A stretch of DNA of 64,000 bases from Podarcis vaucheri (taxonomy: Eukaryota), in NCBI GenBank assembly GCA_965113315.1, contig OZ220370.1, one strand, 5' to 3'. Shown here piece by piece: positions 26,381-35,086 of the stretch. Made by a program: the position numbers and the translations under genes. Numbering within the stretch: position 1 is the first letter of the stretch; each line of letters begins with the position of its first letter. Below the pieces are notes generated by a model that saw only the letters and a list, made by a program, of their open reading frames with translations, had not been told where the DNA came from and did no database searches.

Positions 26381-26462
26381 AGCTAAGTGGCGCAGCTGAG
26401 GGAAGCGTGCCGGACGGCAATAAAGAGCTAAAGCTAATTGTGGATCGTAAATCAATTAGCGA
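26381..26462 (+). ncRNA. tRNA-iMet-like module inside the LTR (copy at 29691-29772)
   Basis: AGCtaAGTGGCGCAGC[tgag]GGAAGCGTGCcGGaC compared with vertebrate tRNAiMet AGCAGAGTGGCGCAGCGGAAGCGTGCTGGGC (recalled sequence); T-loop-like GGATCGTAA versus GGATCGAAA. Not a functional tRNA, because the anticodon arm is replaced. Confidence 0.7.
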
Positions 26463-26494
26463 GGGTCACGCCAAACAATCAATCAATTTCTACA

Positions 26495-26503
26495 GGTTAT
26501 GGG
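26495..26503 (+). promoter_or_regulatory. Primer-binding site, half-tRNAiMet type
   Basis: GGTTATGGG directly after the LTR is complementary to CCCATAACC in the tRNAiMet anticodon arm, as in Drosophila copia-type elements. Confidence 0.85.
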
Positions 26504-26746
26504 TAACCTTAATCACCGATCGTAAAGCTGTCACTGGAGGCTGCTGAAAGCTTTGATCTGCGGTGAAGAGCAGAGAAGCATGGCAGGAGGCGGAGGCCGG
26601 AATCTGAGGCAAGCGGCTAGTTGAAAGACACAGAGGTTTGCCTGTGTTGCTGCGGAGCTGAGAGCAGCAGGGAATCGTTTCTCCACGCCAGAGGAGCTGG
26701 TGATTTTGTGAGTACAGCTTGGGGCGTCTTGGGAGAACGGGAGAAC

Positions 26747-29122
26747 ATGACAGATGGCCAGGAGGTGTTTCAAGCTCCGTTTGAACAGCTTGAGGAACTC
26801 ACCGCCCAAGCGTGGAATACCTGGGCAAGAAGGGTGAGAGCGTGGTTTTTAGCCACGGAAGTGTGGGACATTTCCCAGAGGGAACCAGTGCAACTGGTGG
26901 ACAGAGATGTCAGAGATGCAGAGACACTGCAATCTGCTTCTCTGGAGGAGAAAATGCAGAGGGAGAAAGCTATGAGAGCTGAGATCTGCATGTTGCGGGC
27001 AGGTGTGCACGCCAAGTTGCAACAGCACCTGGAGAGCGTTGAATCTGCGTGTGAGGCCTGGAGAGTGCTGAAACGTCTGTGTGAAGACTCAGCAGGAGGC
27101 CAAGGGCAGATGGAAGTTGAAAGCCTAGAGATGGCTGGAGCCCCTGTTCCTGATGATTTAGCCTCAAGGAGTGCTAGTGAGCAAGTCGGGGGGGCGGAGA
27201 ATTCCAAAGGCAAGTTTGAAAAGTTTTCCACTGTGCGTGCTGGAGTGGAGTTCAGAGGGGGCGGATCTGGCAAGGAGTGCTTTTCCGGAAGAAGGAGGGC
27301 CAGGCCAGCTGAAAAGAGCCCCAGGCAGTGTTTTTCCACTGGAGTTCGTCGTTGCTACGTGTGTAATGCAACGGGACATCTGCGTCGAGATTGCCCCCAC
27401 CGGAGCAGAGAGGCAAGACAGGATGTTGTCAAGGCCAACTCCCATGGGAACCAGTCGGGTTTCCATGGCAACCAGCCTGGGAGAGCAGCCAGGCGTGGGA
27501 CTGAGTCAGGTGGACGTGACCACAAGGAGGAGACGTATCAGATCACGGCTAGTCTAGCTTTGTCTGAAGACAGCTGTGGGACAGGCTCAGAGCTTTGTTT
27601 TGTTTTAGACTCTGCAGCAAACTGCAATTTGATTCCAGAGGAACCTGCTGTCGAGAGGTGGAATTGCAAGGCAATTCCTGCTGGGAAGACTGTACTTTTC
27701 GCAAATGGACAGAAAAGAAATGTGACTAATGCTGTAAATGTGCATTTTTCTGTTTTACAGGAGACGTTGGAGTGTTGTACCGTTCCTGGGATGCACCACT
27801 GTCTTTTATCTGTGCCTTATTTGTTAAAAAAGGGGTTCAAGGTTTGTTTCGAAGATGCTGTCTGCACAATCTCCAAAGGAGGGAGGATGCTTGCCAAGGT
27901 TAAAAAGGGGCAGAATGATCTCTTTATTCTTAAATCACCTCTGGAGGGTGAGGGGAAGGTTGGGAAAGCACAGGCTCTACGTGCTGAAATCAAAAGTCAT
28001 GAGTCATGTGTACATGCTTGGCATGCACGAACAGCTCATGGTTCTCTAGAAGAACTGCAGGTGCTGCCTGAGGTTTCCAAAGGTTGTCAAATCTCAGAAT
28101 GTGGATATGCTGTGAATTGTGAAACTTGCAAACTGGCAAAGGTAAAGGGATGCAGTTATCCAAAAGTAGAGAGGGTAACCACAAGACCTTTTGAAATAAT
28201 CCACATAGATTTGTGGGGTCCTGTAAGGGAACCAAGTCTGGGAGGGTCAAGGTTTCTGCTGATGGTGCAGGATGATTTTACGCAGAATACCTGGACTCTT
28301 GGTCTCAAATCCAAGGATGATGCAGCACAGCTGATCAAAGGGTGGATTGAGGAGGTGGAACTCAGGTTCTCCACCAGGGTGCAAGCAGTCACCAGTGACA
28401 GAGGAGCTCAGTTTACAGGGTCTGCTTTGCAGAAGTTCTTTCACAAGAAAGGGATACGTCACACAGTGACTTCACCCAATCAGAGGGGAGTGTCAGAGCT
28501 CAGGTGTCAGGCTCTGGTTAAAACTGCACAGGTGTTGCTGAAAGATTCTGGGTTACCTCCAAGGTTTTGGCTGGAGGCAATCAAGTATGTGAGCTTCACC
28601 TGGAATCGTACCTACAATTCAATGGTAGGTGACACACCGTTTGGGTTGTTGCATGGCAGGAAACCCCGGATTCATTTTTTGCGTATGTTTGGGTCAGGTG
28701 CATCTGTGCCAGTACCTACTGCTTTGCAGGGGCCAGATGGATCCAAGTTCCGGAAAATGATCTTCTGCGGGTATGAGCCAGAAGCACGTGCATGGAGGTT
28801 TGCATTTCCATCAGGTGATCAGAGTAAGCTACTGATCAGTAAACACGCTGAGTTCTATGAGCAGGATAAAAGGTCAAAAACTGCTGTCATGCGTGATGTG
28901 CTCTCAGAATGTCTATCTGATTCTGAGGAGGAAAGGGAGGCAGAGGCTGATCCCGGTGATGAGGGCCAGGTCCAAGATCAGGATTCAGAATCCGATGATG
29001 ACGATCAGGTAACTGACCAAAGTCAGGAACAGGAGGAGGTATCTGTAGTTTCTCCACAAGATGTTAAGAGAACACCCAAAAGCGAGCCCAGTTCTCCTGT
29101 GAGTGTAATGGAGAGGATTTGA
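26747..29122 (+). CDS. Copia-like Gag-protease-integrase polyprotein without RT (791 aa from the first in-frame ATG)
   Basis: Gag N-terminal W..W..R..A motif and A.EAW..L motif; CCHC knuckle CYVCNATGHLRRDC (27353-27394); protease-like FVLDSAA (D at 27608); HHCC WHARTAH..CETC; integrase IHIDLWGP / TSDRG / GVSE; FGS..IFCGY C-terminal domain. Confidence 0.9.
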   Translation: MTDGQEVFQAPFEQLEELTAQAWNTWARRVRAWFLATEVWDISQREPVQLVDRDVRDAETLQSASLEEKMQREKAMRAEICMLRAGVHAKLQQHLESVESACEAWRVLKRLCEDSAGGQGQMEVESLEMAGAPVPDDLASRSASEQVGGAENSKGKFEKFSTVRAGVEFRGGGSGKECFSGRRRARPAEKSPRQCFSTGVRRCYVCNATGHLRRDCPHRSREARQDVVKANSHGNQSGFHGNQPGRAARRGTESGGRDHKEETYQITASLALSEDSCGTGSELCFVLDSAANCNLIPEEPAVERWNCKAIPAGKTVLFANGQKRNVTNAVNVHFSVLQETLECCTVPGMHHCLLSVPYLLKKGFKVCFEDAVCTISKGGRMLAKVKKGQNDLFILKSPLEGEGKVGKAQALRAEIKSHESCVHAWHARTAHGSLEELQVLPEVSKGCQISECGYAVNCETCKLAKVKGCSYPKVERVTTRPFEIIHIDLWGPVREPSLGGSRFLLMVQDDFTQNTWTLGLKSKDDAAQLIKGWIEEVELRFSTRVQAVTSDRGAQFTGSALQKFFHKKGIRHTVTSPNQRGVSELRCQALVKTAQVLLKDSGLPPRFWLEAIKYVSFTWNRTYNSMVGDTPFGLLHGRKPRIHFLRMFGSGASVPVPTALQGPDGSKFRKMIFCGYEPEARAWRFAFPSGDQSKLLISKHAEFYEQDKRSKTAVMRDVLSECLSDSEEEREAEADPGDEGQVQDQDSESDDDDQVTDQSQEQEEVSVVSPQDVKRTPKSEPSSPVSVMERI

Positions 29123-29461
29123 AAACGCTTTAAGTCAGAGGGGGAATCCTGTAATGCAGAGGACACACCTGCTGGTGATGGGGAAGCATCTGAGTTTGTG
29201 CCCAGAAGGTCTAGTCGCACAACAAAGGGCGTTCCACCTGAAAGATACCAGGCAACAAGTGCGTGGGCAAGATTCGCACAGTGTGATTCTGGGAGTGTTG
29301 AAGGGGTTCAACAGGTGCCTGGGAAAGATGCCGGAAAGAGGCACAAGGCAAAGGGGAAAGTGTTGAACTCAAAAGGGTCTTGTCAGAATGTGCGGCAAGG
29401 GGGGGTGTTGAGTTTGGAACTTAACAGGTTAAGTTGTTCCCATGATGCCACACCATTCTGA
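29123..29461 (+). pseudogene. In-frame continuation of the polyprotein beyond a single TGA
   Basis: The same frame continues KRFKSE..RRSSRTTKGVPPERY (Copia post-integrase RRS.R..P.RY motif) and a degenerate EP.S..E..W..A-like RT leader, then runs through the PPT into the 3' LTR. Confidence 0.7.
29397..29405 (+). promoter_or_regulatory. Polypurine tract
   Basis: AAGGGGGGG immediately 5' of the 3' LTR. Confidence 0.85.
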
Positions 29462-29804
29462 CGTCAGTTTTCGAAGCTGGGAGGAGTTTGGGAGGAGTGT
29501 TTTCAGTTCTCACTCTATGCTGTGAGGGGAAAGGAAGCAGTTTTGTCATGGCTGCAAGTAGTCCTGGTTTTTCCGGAGATTTGTTGGAATAAACAACTGT
29601 AAATAGACAAACCTGTACTCTGTGTGTTTGTCAAAGGACGTGATAGCTTTTACCCGCTGTGTAACTCTGCTGGGCGTGACTGGACGACGGAGCTAAGTGG
29701 CGCAGCTGAGGGAAGCGTGCCGGATGGCAATAAAGAGCTAAAGCTAATTGTGGATCGTAAATCAATTAGCGAGGGTCACGCCAAACAATCAATCAATTTC
29801 TACA
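29406..29804 (+). repeat. 3' LTR
   Basis: Direct repeat of 26096-26494. Confidence 0.97.
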
Positions 29805-31812
29805 AGTTTTCCCATTCCCTGCTGAGATTTGCCCCTGCTGCCAGCATCTTCACTTTACAATGGACAGAGGAAGGCTAGACTTAGTGGACCTCTCTCAACT
29901 TTGTGGCAACCCTTCACCATCCACAGACATCTCTCTGGCTCCAAGGTGAGTTCTTTGCTCATTGCGGGGGCGGGGATGAGGCAGTAAGTAACAATGGGTA
30001 AGTGGAGCACCTTTGCTTTAATTTTCCCAACACCCCTAAATGCTGGCGCTGTCCCATAAGGCTGAAGCTCTCTTTCAAGTCAGTAGAAGCTACTGTACAT
30101 ATTGTAGGATAGTGGCAAGGAAGTTACTGAGTTGTGAAACAAAAAGGCCCTGTTTGCACCTTGTCTTTGATATGAGCTCAGTAAGCTACTATCAGCTTTG
30201 GCTCTACTCTCCACAATAATTTAACAACAGTGACCTACCTCTGACTTAATCAAATTACTAGTCTGTTACAGAATCCCCCCCCCCTTTAAATCTGGTCGGC
30301 AATAACTATCTCCTTATGGAATTGATAGCCTGGCTTTCAGCATTATTATGTTCAGTCACAGCGATACTCATCAGCTTTGTATGAACTACATGTTAATTGC
30401 AAGGCAACAAGATGGTGTTATCCATGAGTAGCTAGCCCAAGAGTGTACAGGGATGTATACTCCCTCCTGCACTGAAACACAGATGGAAATGCACACCCCC
30501 ACCAATGCAAATAAGCGCAGATAGTGACACAAATCTTTACATACATCAGACGTGCATTGTATCTGGAAGCTTTGCCCATGGAAAGCTTACTATTTGCACT
30601 GATCTCTCTTGCTTCTAATGCTTCCCCCTAATGCCCTACTTTAACAAAACCCAGGCAGCTAGAAAACGCAGCAGTGGTGCCGTCCAACAGCAGCACAAGG
30701 CCAAAACAAACACGAGTGACTTGCTGACATCCACTACAATTAAGAACTAAAGAACAGAAATTCGTTGGGGGGGGGGAGTTAAGTGGGACAGTCTTTGGAA
30801 AACATAGCTTTCCCTCTCAATAGTGGGGCATCTGGTGACATTAGTTGAAGTTCTAAAAAAACCTCCCCATGGTCTCTATAAAATGCAGCAATTTTTTAGA
30901 AAAAAGAAACTGTCGTGCATTTGAGTTTGCTTGTTGCCTGGACATGCATGTCCATGTTTGTGTATTAGATATTGTTTAAACAGAACACACCTTTAACGTG
31001 ATGGCTTCTTTCTAGATGGGAAAAGAAAGATGGTGATCAATTTATTTTATTTACAAAGAAATGACTCCATCCTGCCTTCTTTCTTTCTTTCATTATTTAT
31101 TGAGTAAGATAATAGCTTATGGTACATACACGGAGCCAGCTGTTTGCAGGATGCCAAGAGCAGGTGGTCGGGGAGGCCTCTGATGAATTGCAAAAGACAC
31201 TTACCAGCTGCTATCTCTGTGTGAAATGAGCAAACCTGCAAAATCTTTATTTTCAATTGGATTGTACTTTTAAGTAAGCAAGGGAGACAGCCAGTATAAC
31301 TGCAAACCATGACCAACAACAACCCCCAAAAATGTGCAAACACAAGTGATTAGCATACCAGTATTTCAAAATACTGGACGGCTAACAAGCCCATGGTTTG
31401 CAAAGCGAGAGAAAGAGAAAAGGAGGTTTGGGTGTGTGCTGGTTGGTGGGTGGAGGAAGGAGGCATGAGGACGGCAACAGGGAAATGTCTGATGGGCCTT
31501 AATGGCCTTCTGTGGAATCCTAACAATTCCCACACATTCACTTCATCAACCATTCAGACTCCTAAACAACAAAGCTGGGCTTTGAACTTCCTCTTTTGCA
31601 TTTATGTAGGGCACTCTTGTGCGCTGCCTCACCAGGGTGCAATCCTTTGGTGATCACCACAGCCTCAAATGGTCACTGATGAGATGCAGGGATAATGGGT
31701 TACAAAGACAGACATTAATAAGGTAAGATAAGAGAGGGGAGGTTTATTAATTTTTCAAGTAAAGTTAGGATGCCCAAGGGCACAGTAAAGCTGCAAAGAA
31801 TCTAGTGAGGAA

Positions 31813-31968
31813 NNNNNNNNNNNNNNNNNNNNNNNNNNNNNNNNNNNNNNNNNNNNNNNNNNNNNNNNNNNNNNNNNNNNNNNNNNNNNNNNNNNNNNNN
31901 NNNNNNNNNNNNNNNNNNNNNNNNNNNNNNNNNNNNNNNNNNNNNNNNNNNNNNNNNNNNNNNNNNNN
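31813..31968. other. Assembly gap (156 N)
   Basis: Run of n. Confidence 0.99.
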
Positions 31969-32736
31969 ATTAAGGAGGAACAGCCGTATCAATGATTGCT
32001 GCTGACAGAAATTCCAAAGCAGAAAGCTAACTTTGCTTTATTGGCAGGCCGGCTTCCATCTCACATGTCCAGGGTAACCTCTAAAAAGGGACACTCTCCT
32101 CCTTCCCAAATACTTCTATAAGCATAACATTGTTCGTTGATAAATGAGATTTGTAATTTTTTCTTTTCTGAAAAACACTAAAAACATCAGGACTTAAAAA
32201 AACAACCCTGTCTTTCCCTCATCACCCCACATACTTATGATTGCAACATTTAGACTGTGTGTGGGTCCTCACAGTTTGAGAACCAATATTTCTATTGGGT
32301 AAAAATTATCTTCTCTACCCCTCCTTTATTTTCTTTTATGCCTTTCCCCTCTTATTTGGGTTCCCTCACACTCCTATGGCTTACGGCTCTAATTCTTGTT
32401 CTTTATTGTCATTTCTAGAACATAAATGGTAAACATGTTGACCAGAAAAGAACAGAAGATAACATTAGGACATGACTAGAAGTCACAGAAAATGTGTGTC
32501 TGCATTTGGCCCTAACACATTTCTGTCATAATGTTTAGCAAAAGAACCCTTGGATGTTAAAGGAACCAGCATTCTCTATCTGCTACAAGCAATCTCCAAT
32601 GAACAGGGATGGAGAAGTACTTGAAGATCACTAATTTTTTTGATCACTAGAGCCTTCTCCAATCTGATGTCCTCCAGATGCTGCTGGACTATAACCAGGG
32701 GTGGATTTGGGAATGTGCAAGTAGTACGCACATACT

Positions 32737-32991
32737 GAAGAAGAAGAAGAAGAGTTTGGATTTGATATCCCGCCTTTCACTCCCTTTAAGGAGTCTCAAA
32801 GCGGCTAACATTCTCCTTTCCCTTCCTCCCCCACAACAAACACTCTGTGAGGTGAGTGGGGCTGAGAGACATCAAAGAAGTGTGACTGGCCAAAGGTCAC
32901 CCAGCAGCTGCATGTGGAGGAGTGGAGACTCGAACCCGGTTCCCCAGATTACGAGACTACCGCTCTTAACCACTACACCACACTGGCTCTC
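32737..32991 (-). mobile_element. tRNA-derived SINE, Squam3-like
   Basis: Reverse complement of the 25562-25815 family, with a (GAA)n tail on +. Confidence 0.8.
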
Positions 32992-34799
32992 AGTGCTGGG
33001 TACTGGGTGCTGAGCTGAGAGAGCACTGTCTCAAAACCTGGTAAGTAAGATGCTGGGCTTTGAGAAGGAGGCCTGAGGCCTCCTGCCTCCTTCCAAAAGC
33101 CTACTTAACACTTTCCTGGGGTTGGAAAGGAGGTGGGAGGGTTCTAGGACCCTGCCAGAGCTCTCATACCTCCTTCCCAAAGCTTGGTGCATCCTTATCC
33201 ACCTTTGGAAATGCAGAACAGGGGTTGGAGGGTGCACCAAGTTTTGGCCTCACAAAGGGTGTCAAAGTACCCAAATCTGCCACTGCTACAACTCCCATCA
33301 TCCTTCCCCATTGGCCATGCTGGCTAGCCTGATGGGAGTTGAAGTCCAACAACATCTGGCAGTCACTATATTGGGGAAGGCTGGAGTATATGCTGCAAGG
33401 TAGACCCAGGTCACCAGCTGCATTTATGGGTATGGACATTAAGAAAGTAACAAACTTATGTGTCAACATGCATCGTTGTACAGCTCCCGACCTGTTCAAA
33501 GTTTTTGTGTAGCAGTAGAGAAGCAGTGGCATATGAGGGGAATTCTAGCTCCACATATTCTTATAGAATCAGAGGCAATAGTATTTCTGAATACCAGTTG
33601 CTGGAAACCACAGGAGGCGTTGGGACCTACTTGTTGGTTTCCTACAGGCATTTGGTTAGCCAATGTGAGAACAGGATGCTGGACCAAACAGGCCATTGAG
33701 CTGATCCAGCAGGCTCTTTTTATGTTTTTAAACCAATTTATATGCTTCCACAATGTTTAGAAGCCACTTTTAAAAAGACGACTAATGGAAGGATGTCAAT
33801 GCAATATAAGAAAAATAATTGTGTAGGAATTTCATTTTAATATATAGGTGAACTGGATCTTTAAAATACCAAGAAGTAGATTTAGCAGAAGTAGAGCGAT
33901 ATCCCATTTCTAATCTTTCCTCCAGTATTTGAGATGCAACTTTAGATCTGGAACCTGCAACTTAAGCCCAAATAACCCACGTGTTCTTGTGTTTTATTGA
34001 CTACTTGGGATCACTATCAATATTACTACTATAGGACCATGCCCTTTCCTTCATTTAGTAATCCTTACCATCTGTATGACATACTCAAGAACTCAAGAGT
34101 CTTTCACATGCATTATGCAGTTGAAATCCCTATGCCAGGGATAGCCAACCCTATAGATGACATTGGAAAAACTCCTTTAGAGACTGGCAAAGCTAAAACA
34201 ACAATGCAATGCTTAATTGGGAGAGAAAAACATGTTAGGAAAAAATGGTGCATTGGGGGAGCTTGCCCATGTGTCTGTGTTCATCATCCACCCTGTTGCA
34301 CATTTCAAGTGCCTGCACTCTTATACCAATTTAACAGTCATGGAGAATTCTGGGAAATGTAGTTTGTTAGGGGTGCTGGTAATTGTAGCTCTGTGAGGTC
34401 AACATTTCCTAGGATTCTTTGAGGGAAGCCATAACTATTAAGGTGGCATAGGAATGCTTTAAATGTGACCATGAACTCTACACCCTGCATTGTAATTCTG
34501 ATTCACCTCTGCAGGCCACAGCAACAACCACCGCAGCCACATTTTACAAGCACATCATGTCTCTATGGTAACATGAGATAAAAATCACAGCTGGGATCTC
34601 ATTGTTATCGCTCTGAAACATGTTAGAAATCCGACTTATGCAGTAAGCTCAGTTAGAACACCTTGTCAGTTGTGGTGGGTTGTGTTTCAGACAAACTTTC
34701 CAAAATAGGTCAGGGACAAGGAAAACCTGCTAGACACCAAATTGTTTCCTTGAGAAAAGAAATCATAATTAGGAATGCTATTGCAGCTATAACATTATA

Positions 34800-35086
34800 T
34801 AATAATAATAATAATAATTTATTATTTGTACCCCGCCCATCTGGCTGGGTTTCCCCAGCCACTCTGGGCGGCTTCCACAGAAACCAAAAAACACTAAAAT
34901 ATCATACATGAAAAGCTTCCCTGAATAGGGCCGCCTTAAGATGTCTTCTGAATGTCAGGTAGTTGTCCATCACCTTGACATCCAATGGGAGGGCATTCCA
35001 CAGGGCGGGCGCCACCACCGAAAAGGCCCTCTGCCTGGTTCCCTGTAGCTTCGCTTCTCGTAATGAGGGAACCGCCAGAAGGCCCT
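34800..35086 (-). mobile_element. 5'-truncated L2-clade LINE with (AAT)n tail
   Basis: Minus-strand RAFSVVAPALWNALP..FRRHLKAALF, an L2 ORF2 C-terminus. Confidence 0.88.

Larger units (their letters stand above)
26096..26494 (+). repeat. 5' LTR
   Basis: TGTTGAG..TTTCTACA; differs from the 3' LTR at 3 positions by manual comparison. Confidence 0.97.
26096..29804 (+). mobile_element. Ty1/Copia-type LTR retroelement lacking RT/RNase H (non-autonomous), 3,709 bp
   Basis: Two 399-bp LTRs (TG..CA), TSD AGTTT (26091-26095, 29805-29809), PBS GGTTATGGG, PPT AAGGGGGGG, and a gag-PR-IN ORF in Copia domain order. Confidence 0.95.

Noticed and set aside
26381-26462. Functional tRNA-Met gene
   Set aside because: No CAT anticodon arm, a degenerate B box and an imperfect T stem; reported as a tRNA-like module instead.
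26621-26746. ORF-track N-terminal extension (833-aa call)
   Set aside because: It starts at TTG. The first in-frame ATG is at 26747, where Gag similarity begins. A 14-codon upstream ORF lies at 26580-26624.
26770-27339. 189-aa antisense ORF in the LTR element
   Set aside because: A shadow of the sense ORF with no recognisable motifs.
31765-32005. ORFs spanning the N run
   Set aside because: Artefacts of the assembly gap.
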